From: Pseudomonadota bacterium
GTDB lineage: Bacteria; Bdellovibrionota; FAC87; UBA2466
DNA: 64,000 nucleotides
Direction: 5' to 3'
NCBI GenBank assembly: GCA_043767805.1
Contig: JAYUGC010000053.1
Coordinates: 15,064-79,063, forward strand
Shown here piece after piece: positions 38,993 to 48,439 of this stretch. The position numbers and the translations under genes were made by a program. The notes under the pieces are model-generated. The model was not told the origin of the DNA. It ran no database searches and worked only from the letters and a program-made list of their open reading frames with translations. Each line of letters opens with the position of its first letter. The stretch's first letter is position 1.

Positions 38993-40506
38993 GTTACCTG
39001 CTTCCCTGGTTCTTTTATCTTCCGCTCATCGCCTTTGGCGCGGCGCTGCCTTTCTCGCTCGCTCTCTCCCGGCGAGTGGCCGGGGCGCTTGCGATCGTGA
39101 ACTTCCTTGCTCCGCTGACGTTTTATACCTTAGGCGACTCCGTGTGGCTCCAGACCCTGACAGGAATCACTTTCCAAAGCGGTCCCTTGCAACTTCAGCT
39201 CGATGCCTGGACGCTTCCCTTTCTGCTTCTCATCAAGCTCGCGGCCTTACTCGCCTTGAAACAACCTTCGGTCCGGCTGGGACGCACTCAGCTTGCCTGT
39301 CTTTTCGGAGCCGACTTTGCGCTTTCCGGGGCGCTATTTTCCACCGATGTTTTTGCCATCGTATTTTTCTCGCAGCTCGCCCTTGTTCCCCTTTCGCTGC
39401 TCATCGTGATCTGGGGCGGGCACGACCGGCTCTTCGCTTCGCGGAAGTTCTTTTTGTCTCAAACCGCGGGCTGCCTGCTTTGGCTCGTCGCCTTGGCGAT
39501 TCGCGCTTCCACTCACGAGTCTCAGTTCGGATATCCGAGCGGGCTCCCCGCGGATCTCGCCAAAGCCCTGGGACCGGCCGAGCTGACCGCTTTCGTCTGT
39601 TTTCTCCTGGGCTGTTTCCTTCGCTCCGCCGTGTTTCCGCTTCATAGCTGGCTGCCCGATACGCTGGCTCAAGCTCCCCTTTCGGCGAGTCTCCTTATCG
39701 TCGGTGGGCTGCTTCCTTCCGGCATTCTCCTGCTTCAGCGCGTGGGCCTTTCCGTTTTCCCGGCGGGCTTTGAGCGCGCGCAAAACCTGGGAACGGCCCT
39801 CGCGGTGTTCGGAGCGATTTACTCAGGGCTACTCGCCTGGCGGCAAAACGATAGCCGCCGCTACCTCGCCTTCGCGGCCAGTCTACTCATGTCGTTCGTT
39901 CTGGGAGGCGTGCTCATGGCGGGTCCGCTCACTTGGACGGCCAGCGCCTTTCTCCTCTGCGCGGGCTCACTCGCGAGTCTTGGCGTTTTGATTCTTTTCG
40001 AGTGGGCTTTTGAGCGCCAGAATAGCCGTCAGCTACCGGATTGGGCGGGGCTCGGGCAACAGAGCCCGCTCTTCCGCGGTTTTCTCGTATTCCTCACCCT
40101 GAGCGCGCTCACGCTTCCGGGCACCGCGGCCTTTCCTGGAACCTTCGCGCTTTTGACCGCCGCCATAAACCGCAACTTCATCTGGTGTGTAGGCTGGCTT
40201 GCCTCACTTTTCCTTTTGATGGCAAGTGCCGTGCGCCTGCTCGGTACGATTTCCTTCGGCACGCCTCGCCGCGGCCCGCTAGTCGCTGGATCCGATCTGT
40301 CGACGAGTGAGTCGTTGAGACTCTTGGCCCTTTCTCTGCTTCTTTTGGCTTTGGGCTGCGCTCCCGGTGGGTTTCTGGCTTCTTTAGAGCGGCCCATCGA
40401 GTCTTTCTGGGAAGCGAGTCCCGCGAAGGAGCGGTTCGTCTTTCCCGGAGACGAAGGCAAGAGCACCTTGCCAAGAGTCTTTCACCGGGATGAGGTTCCG
40501 CAATGA
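38991..40506 (+). CDS. degenerate NuoM'-like antiporter-family subunit
   Basis: ATG overlapping the upstream stop (ATGA); FAIVFFSQLALVPLSLLIVIWGGHDRLFASRKFFL aligns to [33 protein letters not shown] of NuoM; FPLHSWLPDTLAQAP aligns to WPFHTWLPWAHVEAP. Confidence 0.65.
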
Positions 40507-41891
40507 ATCCTTCTTCCGCGACTTTCTACGTCGTGGGCTTTCTCTTCGCGAGCGCGGTGCTAGCCGCGGCGGTTGCGCACTCACGGCGGCTTTCTCTTTA
40601 CCTTTCCGTTTTCGCTTTTGGGACGGCCGAGCTTGCGCTCGGCTGGCTCGCCGCTGGCAGAGTTGGCAACTGGCTTCCGCCCGTCGACTCCCGCTTTCTG
40701 ACCCTCTCGGGTTACCGCTTGGATGCGGCTTCGCTCCTTCTGCTTTTTTGTGCGGCTTCTTATTTACTGGTCCACGCGTTTGCCGAAGATGAGGTGAAAC
40801 GCGGAAGCTTGGGGCCGCTCTTCCTGCTTGCGGCGGCCGCGGGAATTTTATGCGCCGCCAGTGAGAACCTCTTAGTCACTTGCTTTGGCCTGGAGCTCGG
40901 CGCGCTTGCCGCCCACGGCATCACCGCCTTTCCCTCGCTCACCCGAGATCGGTTTGAAGCCCTCTGGAAACAGTATGCGTTCCATGGCCTGGGCACGGCT
41001 TGCCTACTTTTGGGCAGCGCTCTGTTTTACTCTCAGCTTGGCACTCTCGCTCTTACCGAAATTAGAGACACCCTTGCCGCCCAGCCGCCTTCGCCTTTCG
41101 TCACCGTGGCGTGTGTCTTATTGCTACTGGGCATCGCGGAGAGGCTCGGCGCGTTTCCCTTTCTCTCTTGGCCCGCCGACGTGACCGAAGGATCGCCATG
41201 GGGCGGGGTGTTTCTCGAAACGGCGGGACGCTTTATTTCGATCTGTGCCCTACTGCCGCTTTTCCTCGAAGCTCTGCTTCCGCTTCGGTCCGCTTGGGTG
41301 GGCCCGCTCTTCGTCATTGGCGGAGTCACTCTCGCGTGGGGCGCGCTAGGTGCGATCACGCAAACGAATCTGAAACGCTTACTCGCCTATTTAGGACAGG
41401 CGCACGTCGGGTGGCTACTTCTTTTTGCGGCGGCTTCCAGCGAACGAGGCAGCCTTGCCGGTCACTTTCTACCTTCAGCTCTCATCTTCGCCCTGGTCGC
41501 CCTCGGACTTCGCGCCGGTGTCTGTCTTTTGGAGCGCGAGGCAAATGACTGCGATATTTATCAGCTCTCGGGACTAGGAGAAACCCATCCCGTGCTCGCT
41601 CTGTGGTGGACGTTACTTTGCCTGGCCGGCGCGGGATTTCCACCGACCTCCGGGTTTGCCGCGCAAACGGCTTTCTTCCTGGAGCTCGGCTCGACCGGCC
41701 ACGTACTGCGCCTAATCGCCATCGGCGTGGGTTTATTGGCCGTGGCCTATTCTTACTTGAGAATGGTCGCTTACCTCTACGGCCGGGAATGCCGGGAGAC
41801 CATCGCGTTGACCCACCGGGCGGCGCTTCCCATCGCCTGCGCCTCGGCGTGCGCGATACTGGCGGTAGTGCTCCTCTTTTTCTGGCGCTAA
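40503..41891 (+). CDS. degenerate NuoN'-like antiporter-family subunit
   Basis: Overlaps the upstream stop; NLLVTCFGLELGA aligns to NLLMLWLGVETVS; AFPFLSWPADVTEG aligns to AFPMHFWTPDVYEG; KRLLAYLGQAHVGWLL aligns to KRMLAYSSIAHVGYML. Confidence 0.65.
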   Translation: MNPSSATFYVVGFLFASAVLAAAVAHSRRLSLYLSVFAFGTAELALGWLAAGRVGNWLPPVDSRFLTLSGYRLDAASLLLLFCAASYLLVHAFAEDEVKRGSLGPLFLLAAAAGILCAASENLLVTCFGLELGALAAHGITAFPSLTRDRFEALWKQYAFHGLGTACLLLGSALFYSQLGTLALTEIRDTLAAQPPSPFVTVACVLLLLGIAERLGAFPFLSWPADVTEGSPWGGVFLETAGRFISICALLPLFLEALLPLRSAWVGPLFVIGGVTLAWGALGAITQTNLKRLLAYLGQAHVGWLLLFAAASSERGSLAGHFLPSALIFALVALGLRAGVCLLEREANDCDIYQLSGLGETHPVLALWWTLLCLAGAGFPPTSGFAAQTAFFLELGSTGHVLRLIAIGVGLLAVAYSYLRMVAYLYGRECRETIALTHRAALPIACASACAILAVVLLFFWR

Positions 41892-42313
41892 CGAAAGTCA
41901 GAAGGAAGCTTTCCAGTCACTTTGCGAAACGCGTGAATGAATTGGGAGAGTGAGGAGTGGCCCACTTCGAGCGCCACGTCCGTCACGGAAGTGTCCCGCT
42001 TGTTTAAAAGACGTTTCGCCTTTTCCATCCGGCAGAAGAGCACCATCTGCTTCGGAGAAAAAGAAAGCTCGTCCAAACAAATCCGGTTGAGGCTTCTGAG
42101 GGAGAGGCCAGAGTGCTTCGCGATTTCTTCGACCGACAAAGGCTCTTTGAAGTTCGCTTCGATATAATCGACCGCGCGAGTGACACGAGCATCTTTGGCG
42201 AGCTCATGAAGTCGAAATGCTTTGCTCTCGCTCTCCTTGCTACCACGGCCTGCGCGGCCCAAAAGCCCGCGGTCTACACGTTCGAATCGGACAGGGGGTG
42301 GCTTTAACACCAA
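41888..42313 (-). CDS. AraC-family transcriptional regulator (HTH domain)
   Basis: LSVEEIAKHSGLSLRSLNR...DVALEVGHSSLSQFIHAFRKVTGKLPSDFR is the AraC C-terminal dual HTH; the N-terminal ligand domain appears short or absent. Confidence 0.65.
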   Translation of the reverse strand: MVLKPPPVRFERVDRGLLGRAGRGSKESESKAFRLHELAKDARVTRAVDYIEANFKEPLSVEEIAKHSGLSLRSLNRICLDELSFSPKQMVLFCRMEKAKRLLNKRDTSVTDVALEVGHSSLSQFIHAFRKVTGKLPSDFR

Positions 42314-42410
42314 AAACTATTTCTACGATAACGGAGAAGAAGTGGTGGCGTTCGATACGCAGTTCACGCCCGAGCTCGCGCGACAATCGATCAAGGTGAG
42401 TGCCCTTTTT

Positions 42411-43394
42411 CTATTCGGAGAAAAGCGCAGTATGGATTTTGCCGTCTTGGGTTACATACCCGCGGGGCATACCCGCCACGTTTCGGCTAAACGCCAAGTT
42501 ACCCTTCGGATCGAGAACGATCGCGCCGCCGTGGCCGTCCACGGGTTTGAGCTTTTGGAGTATCACGTCGTCGGCAGCCCGCGCGCCCGACCAATGTTTA
42601 TATTTCATCTGAGCACACACATCGTAAGCGGCCACGAACCGAATGAAGAATTCCCCGTGTCCGGTTGTCGAGATGGCGCATAAACCGTTTTCCGCGTATG
42701 TGCTGGCTCCGATGATGGGCGTATCGCCAACACGGCCATGCTTCTTGTTGACCCGTCCTCCCGTCGAAGTCGCCACGGCGAGATTGCCTTTTGCGTCCAA
42801 AGCCACGGCGCCGACCGTGCCTTTCGCGTCTTCAAGAAGCTTTCCCTCGGCCTCGCCCTGCTTTTTTTGAACTCGCTTTAACTCGTCCAGGCGCCACTGT
42901 GTCGAAAAATAGGAAGGCTCCACCAAAGTGAGGCCGACTTCTTTGGCTAGCTTTTCCACGGCGTCTCCGGCGAGAAAGGCATGGGAAGTGTGTTCCATTA
43001 CCGCGCGCGCCGCCGAAATGGGATTTTTCACGGCGGTCACTCCAGCCACCGAGCCAGAATTTCTCGTCCTGCCATCCATGATGGAAGCTTCTAACTCGTT
43101 CTTTCCTTCTTCCGTAAAAACGGCTCCCTTACCGGCGTTAAACAGAGGATTGTTCTCCATTACGATCACGGCCGCTTCGACCGCGTCCAGGCTTGAGCCC
43201 TTGGCTTTGAGCACGGCGTAACCCGCCGCTAGCGCCTCTGACAGACCTTGGTGATAGATCTTTTCTTTTTCCGGCGGAATTTTCTGATGATCGGCGGTGC
43301 CGCCATGGATGGCCAAAATCACCCGGGCCGCCGAATCCGCGCCGAAGCTGGAGAAGGTGAAGGTTAAAGCCGCGAGGAGAATCTTGGTTGCCAT
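42411..43394 (-). CDS. isoaspartyl peptidase / L-asparaginase (Ntn-hydrolase), secreted
   Basis: Signal peptide; Ntn-hydrolase motifs including the autoproteolytic GTVGAVALD site, HGG and GMPRG. Confidence 0.75.
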   Translation of the reverse strand: MATKILLAALTFTFSSFGADSAARVILAIHGGTADHQKIPPEKEKIYHQGLSEALAAGYAVLKAKGSSLDAVEAAVIVMENNPLFNAGKGAVFTEEGKNELEASIMDGRTRNSGSVAGVTAVKNPISAARAVMEHTSHAFLAGDAVEKLAKEVGLTLVEPSYFSTQWRLDELKRVQKKQGEAEGKLLEDAKGTVGAVALDAKGNLAVATSTGGRVNKKHGRVGDTPIIGASTYAENGLCAISTTGHGEFFIRFVAAYDVCAQMKYKHWSGARAADDVILQKLKPVDGHGGAIVLDPKGNLAFSRNVAGMPRGYVTQDGKIHTALFSE

Positions 43395-43487
43395 GCCCTA
43401 GGGATACTTTATTGTCGGCGGTAAGGAAAGAACCGGGGGGAGGTTGTCCTGAAGAGCGCGCGTTTCTTATTCACCGCGATATGGTTC

Positions 43488-45155
43488 GTGTCGGCAGCGG
43501 CGTGGGCCAATGCGGATAGCGATCTCAAATTCACGAAATTTATCGACGCCTACTACGACGCGTACTTCCATTGGAACCCGTCTTATGCAACGTGGGCCGG
43601 GTTTCATGCTTATGACGGCGAAATGTCGGACTGTAGTAGGAGCGGGGTAACCCGGCGCGTCCGCGCCTTGAACGGATTTCTTGCCCAGCTAAAAGGTTTT
43701 GACGAAGCCACTTTGTCTAAAGACAACTCGCTGGATCGGCGGCTGCTCGTGTCGGAGATACACGCGGAAAAGCTAAGCCTCGAAACGCTTAGATACTGGC
43801 AAACCGATCCCGACGGTTACTCGAGTGAGGTCAACCACGCCGTCTATTTGCTCATCAATCGCGATTTCTCCCCCATCGAAGCTCGTTTGCGCTCGATCGT
43901 TTCAGTGGAAAAAAAGGCGCTTCGGCAATTTTCTTGCGCCCGTGCCAATCTCAAGAACCCGCCCAAGATTTTCACTGAAATAGCCATCGAGCAGATACCT
44001 AGCATCGTCCGCTTTTTCGAGAGAGACGTCCCCTTGGCCGTTTCGGGGTCAAAGGACCAGAAACTCAATACGGAGTTCAAACGCGCGAACCAAGCCGTCA
44101 TCGGAGCACTTCAGCGCTACCAAATCTTTTTGAAAAATGAGGTGCTACCAAGATCTAAAGGCGACTATCGGCTAGGCGAAAAGAACCTCCGCGCTAAACT
44201 GAAATTTCAAGATATGATCGAGACACCGCTAGATGAGCTCTTAAAAATTGGCATGGAGGACTTAAGAAAAAATCAGACGGAATTCGCCGCGGTCGGCAAA
44301 AGAATCGACCCCACAAAGTCCACCGCGGAAATTCTGGAGTCCTTGGAATCCGATCATCCGACGTCGGAAAAGCTTTTGGACAGCGTCCGCTTGGTTTTGG
44401 GCGACATCCGAAAGTTTATATTGAGCCACGACATCATCACGCTTCCCTCGGACAAAGATCCCATCGTGCAGGAAACCCCGCCTTTCAAGCGAGCTTCCAC
44501 GTTTGCCTCCATGAACACGCCCGGCCCCTTCGAAACCCACGGCACCGAGGCGTATTATAACGTGACTCTCCCCGACCCCTCCTGGACGAAAGAGCATACG
44601 GAGCAGCATCTCAGGGGCTTTAACCGTGGCACCATCGTCAGCACCTCGATTCACGAGGCGCTTCCTGGCCATTACACGCAGTTTCTTTGGTTCAAGAAGG
44701 CGCCGAGCAAAGTAAGGAAGTTCTTTGGAGCGAAATCCAACAAGGAGGGCTGGGCTCATTACACCGAAGAAATGATGCTCGACGAAGGATTCGGTAACGG
44801 CGATCTCCAATTGAAATTGGGCCAGCTTCAGGACGCCCTTCTTAGAAACGCTCGTTTCATCGTCGCCATTCAGCTGCATACCGGCAAGATGACTTTCGAG
44901 GAAAGCGTTCGCTTCTTTGAGCAGGAGGGGTATCAGACCCGCGCCAATGCCGAGCTCGAGGTAAAGCGCGGAACCTCGGACGCAACCTATCTCGTCTACA
45001 CCTTGGGGAAGCTTCAGGTGAAAGAGTTGAAGGAAGCCTATAAACGCGCCAAAGGCAGGCATTTCCGCCTGAAGAGTTTTCACGACGAGTTCGTGAAACA
45101 GGGCGCGATTCCGATTCCGATGATTCGAGAGATTATGCTTTCAGGCAGCCACTAG
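43488..45155 (+). CDS. DUF885-family protein (putative periplasmic metallopeptidase-like)
   Basis: Family-level resemblance across the length (YYDAYFHWNP..., HEALPGHYTQF); GTG start at 43488, but a signal-peptide-like in-frame stretch lies upstream without a canonical start codon. Confidence 0.5.
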   Translation: MSAAAWANADSDLKFTKFIDAYYDAYFHWNPSYATWAGFHAYDGEMSDCSRSGVTRRVRALNGFLAQLKGFDEATLSKDNSLDRRLLVSEIHAEKLSLETLRYWQTDPDGYSSEVNHAVYLLINRDFSPIEARLRSIVSVEKKALRQFSCARANLKNPPKIFTEIAIEQIPSIVRFFERDVPLAVSGSKDQKLNTEFKRANQAVIGALQRYQIFLKNEVLPRSKGDYRLGEKNLRAKLKFQDMIETPLDELLKIGMEDLRKNQTEFAAVGKRIDPTKSTAEILESLESDHPTSEKLLDSVRLVLGDIRKFILSHDIITLPSDKDPIVQETPPFKRASTFASMNTPGPFETHGTEAYYNVTLPDPSWTKEHTEQHLRGFNRGTIVSTSIHEALPGHYTQFLWFKKAPSKVRKFFGAKSNKEGWAHYTEEMMLDEGFGNGDLQLKLGQLQDALLRNARFIVAIQLHTGKMTFEESVRFFEQEGYQTRANAELEVKRGTSDATYLVYTLGKLQVKELKEAYKRAKGRHFRLKSFHDEFVKQGAIPIPMIREIMLSGSH

Positions 45156-45794
45156 GCTCATCTTCTCGGCGAGGCCGGCGCGATAGAAGTGCCGGATGCG
45201 GCGGAGCGCTTCCGCGCGCGTCTCGGGACGGCAGAGGTCTTCGCGGAGCTTCTTCAGGAACTGGCGAGCGGATTGATTGGCCTCGCGGTAGCGGTCCTGC
45301 TCATGGGAGTCCAATCCTTCGACCAAACGGAACGCCTCGAACGCCTGACGAAACGCCAGATCGAAAGCCTCTATCTCCCGGCCTTTGCCGGTCGAGGCGA
45401 AGAAGGCGAGAAGAAACGCGTCCACTTCTCCTTGTAGTTCCATTTCGAACCGGGAAATTTCACGCCCGGAATGCACGTTGCGAAGGAGGTAATTGAAGTG
45501 GCTAACTTCTTCGGAAGCCACGGCGAACGCTTGCTTCTGAGGCAAAGTGAGTCTCTCCATTTCCCAGCGGCGAAACGAGCCGAGCTCGCGCGCGACCTTG
45601 GGATGAAAGTAGATGCCGACCGCCACCCCTTCGCTTTGCGCGTCTCGTTCCTCACGTACGTAAAGCGCGCCAGCCGGGTCGGGCTGACCCACCGGCTCAG
45701 GCTCGCGGACGATGAAGTCCTCGGCCTTATGATCGTGCTCGACGTTGTTTAACGTCTTGATCGCCCGATCGATGCGGCGGATGGCCGTCTTCAC
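45141..45794 (-). CDS. hypothetical protein
   Basis: 217-codon ORF with protein-like composition. Confidence 0.4.
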   Translation of the reverse strand: MKTAIRRIDRAIKTLNNVEHDHKAEDFIVREPEPVGQPDPAGALYVREERDAQSEGVAVGIYFHPKVARELGSFRRWEMERLTLPQKQAFAVASEEVSHFNYLLRNVHSGREISRFEMELQGEVDAFLLAFFASTGKGREIEAFDLAFRQAFEAFRLVEGLDSHEQDRYREANQSARQFLKKLREDLCRPETRAEALRRIRHFYRAGLAEKMSLVAA

Positions 45795-45801
45795 GTTTAC
45801 C

Positions 45802-46407
45802 TCATTGGGAAATTTTGAACACTTTGCCGTCGGTGGCGAGAATGCCTTTTTCCACCAGACGCGCTTTCAAGCGATCGTCTCCCGTGGTGAGCCAACGCTC
45901 GTAGAGCTGCAAGAGATCCGTGTTTCTTTGCAACCCGTGCGCATCGCTCAGCTCGGACAAGATGTTCGAGTAGTCTTTGAATTTCGTCGCAAGCTCCGAG
46001 AAAAGAGTCTTGGCGATTTTCGAAAACTGCATGGAAGAGAGTGTGCTGTAAGCCGCGCCTCCCATTCCGAAGTAGTACTCAGTTCCGACGAGTTTCTTCC
46101 GTAAGCTTTCCGGAAACACGCCGGTAATGAGCAGGCAGATGTCGCCCAGGCGTTTTAAGGCGAAGTGCCGGGTCTCGCTATCGCCTTCCAGGTACTTGGC
46201 GTACAAGGTGGCCAGAACGTTGTCTTGCAACTTTCCGTCGGGAGTTTGTTCGAAGAAATTATCGGAGCGCATGTAGCGGACGAGGAGGTCCACCAGGTAA
46301 TCAAAGGATTGATCCGCGCTTACCTTGCGTTTGGAAAGAACCGAACGCAGCTCAGCCGCGAAGTAATCGCGAGCATCAGAGACCGAACTCGACCTGACTC
46401 GGAGCAT
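45802..46407 (-). CDS. hypothetical protein
   Basis: 201-codon ORF with protein-like composition. Confidence 0.4.
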   Translation of the reverse strand: MLRVRSSSVSDARDYFAAELRSVLSKRKVSADQSFDYLVDLLVRYMRSDNFFEQTPDGKLQDNVLATLYAKYLEGDSETRHFALKRLGDICLLITGVFPESLRKKLVGTEYYFGMGGAAYSTLSSMQFSKIAKTLFSELATKFKDYSNILSELSDAHGLQRNTDLLQLYERWLTTGDDRLKARLVEKGILATDGKVFKISQ

Positions 46408-46479
46408 ATAACCTCCATTAAAAACCGGGTGGTTACGAGCTACGGCAATTCGCTTCAGCTACTACTTTAGGGCCCCCTA

Positions 46480-46665
46480 CCTCTACGTTGGGCTAGGGTG
46501 GTGAAAACCACCCCCTACATCTACATTTTACCCTATTTTTATGGGGTCCTGCCTAGTGTGTATCGGCGAGCTTGACACAAAGCTTCAAGGAATTCGACGC
46601 TTTGAGTTAACGCCTTGAAATCTAAAGAGCATTTTGGGGTTGTTGCCAACCACTGGGTAGGGTAT
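46480..46665 (+). promoter_or_regulatory. candidate cobalamin (B12) riboswitch in the leader of the btuF-like ABC operon
   Basis: A 265-nt leader with no credible ORF; AGGGTGGTGAAAACCACC is similar to the AGGGAA..GGTGAAA.TCC core; a CCACTGGG B12-box-like element lies about 35 nt before the start codon and RBS; the downstream genes are a periplasmic binding protein, a FecCD permease and an ATPase. Confidence 0.4.
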
Positions 46666-46674
46666 AGGTCGCCC

Positions 46675-47496
46675 ATGCGCCGTGCGTTTTGGGCCTTTTT
46701 GCTGGTTTTGAGTGCCCCCTCGGCGCATGCCCTAAAAGTAGCTTCCACAAGCCCCCAGGTCACCGAGCTCATCTTTGACTTGGATAAAGGGAGCGATTTG
46801 GTCGCGGTCAGCGCCTTTAGTCAGTACCCGAAAGAAGCGGCCGCGTTGCCCGTCTTGGGAAGCCTGTTTTTTCCGAGCATCGAGCGCGCCGTGCAACTCG
46901 GCGCCGAGATCGTCGCCTTCGATGAGATGAACGCGAGCTCTAGTTTCTCCCAAGCGGTCGAAGCCATGGGCATGAAACGGTTCGAGTTTGAAATGACCGG
47001 CGTGGAAGCCCTCGTCACCGATTCGCGGCGCTTTCTTCAAGGTGCTTACGGGCAAGCAAGCCACCCACGCGTGGACAAAGTGTTTCCCTGCGTCACCGCG
47101 TATCATCCCAAACGTTCTTTTCGGTTTCTCGCGCTCACTTGGTTTCAGCCTCCCATTGCGTTCGGAGAAAAAACGTTTCTTTCCGATGTCCTCACTCGTC
47201 TTGGAGGCACCAATCTCTTGGCCAATTTGAGCCGCGCTCAGTTTCCGCGCCTTTCCTTGGAATGGATCCTCAATCAAAAAGTGGATTACGTTTTCTTCCT
47301 GACTCAATTTCCGGAAACGCTGAAAGAAGCGCACTCGGCGGTCTCGCACTGGTGGCCCACGCAAACGCCCCTGCTCGTTGCGCTAAACGCCGACGATTTT
47401 GCTCGAGGCGGCTTCACGCCGCTTCGCCAGGCAGACACCTTGCCCATGGTGGAGCCGAAAACCGGGTGGAAGGAATGCCTTGAAAGCGGACAGTAA
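46675..47496 (+). CDS. ABC transporter periplasmic substrate-binding protein, BtuF/iron-siderophore type
   Basis: Signal peptide MRRAFWAFLLVLSAPSAHA; periplasmic-binding-protein fold pattern; operon context with a FecCD permease and ATPase; start taken at the internal ATG at 46675. Confidence 0.65.
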   Translation: MRRAFWAFLLVLSAPSAHALKVASTSPQVTELIFDLDKGSDLVAVSAFSQYPKEAAALPVLGSLFFPSIERAVQLGAEIVAFDEMNASSSFSQAVEAMGMKRFEFEMTGVEALVTDSRRFLQGAYGQASHPRVDKVFPCVTAYHPKRSFRFLALTWFQPPIAFGEKTFLSDVLTRLGGTNLLANLSRAQFPRLSLEWILNQKVDYVFFLTQFPETLKEAHSAVSHWWPTQTPLLVALNADDFARGGFTPLRQADTLPMVEPKTGWKECLESGQ

Positions 47497-48439
47497 ATTT
47501 TGGTTCGTCGTTGGCTGCGTGGGCGTTTTGCTCGCGGCTCCTTTCTTTGGCTCGGACGCTTTGTCACTCTCGTCCGTATTGGATCCCGCGAGCACCGCGC
47601 ACCGGATTTTCTTCGAGCTACGGCTACCTCGGCTTCTCGCGGTGATCACCGCGGGAGCCGCGCTCTCCGTCCTTGGAGGCACCTACCAGACGCTCTTTCA
47701 TAATCCTCTCGCCGAGCCTTATCTATTGGGCGTTTCCAACGCCGTGACCCTCGGTCTTGCGGGCGCCGAAATTCTCTTCGGCTTTGGGCCGCAATCTTTC
47801 GCGAGCCACCTCGCCGGCTTTCTGGGAGCCGCTCTGGTCACCGGAATCATCTTGCTGCTCCATCGCTACCGCCCCAAAGCGGAGATCATTCTCTTTGGCA
47901 TGGGAACGCAGTTCGTTCTCTCCTCGGTTTTGTTTCTGATCCTCTCATTCCATTCGCAAACCGCGGGGGGCGGAAGCCTGCGCTGGCTCTTCGGACAAAT
48001 TCCCTGGCCTTCTTTGACGGAATCGCTTCTTTTTGCTGGCGTGAGCGCGGTCTTACTTCTTGGTTTAATCGTCGGCGGCCGTTCCCTCGATGCGCTCTCC
48101 TTGGGAGACTCGGTAGCGCGCACCCTCGGCGTATCACCAGAGAAATCTAGATCTCGGCTGCTTCTGCTATCTTCCGCGCTCATCGCCGTGGTCGTTTCTT
48201 TTGGCGGCGCCATTGGTTTTGTGGGACTCGTCGTTCCTCACGTCGTGCGCCTGGTGCTTCGCCCGGACAGCACGCGAAAATTATTTCTCGCGTCCGCCCT
48301 TCTCGGCGGATCGTTTCTCGCGCTTTCCGACGTCTTCTCGCGCGCCCTGCTTCCGCCCATGGAGTTTCCCATTGGCGTCATCACGACCGTCATCGGTGGT
48401 CCCCTCTTCTTGGTTCTCCTGGGAAGGAGGAGCGCGTGA
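47480..48439 (+). CDS. ABC transporter permease, FecCD/BtuC family
   Basis: About 9 TM helices; FecCD-like motifs (LPRLLAVITAGAALSVLGGTYQ, GVITTVIGGPLFLVLL); start uncertain, either TTG at 47480 with an upstream GGAAGGA or ATG at 47399 inside the upstream gene. Confidence 0.65.
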   Translation: MKADSKFWFVVGCVGVLLAAPFFGSDALSLSSVLDPASTAHRIFFELRLPRLLAVITAGAALSVLGGTYQTLFHNPLAEPYLLGVSNAVTLGLAGAEILFGFGPQSFASHLAGFLGAALVTGIILLLHRYRPKAEIILFGMGTQFVLSSVLFLILSFHSQTAGGGSLRWLFGQIPWPSLTESLLFAGVSAVLLLGLIVGGRSLDALSLGDSVARTLGVSPEKSRSRLLLLSSALIAVVVSFGGAIGFVGLVVPHVVRLVLRPDSTRKLFLASALLGGSFLALSDVFSRALLPPMEFPIGVITTVIGGPLFLVLLGRRSA

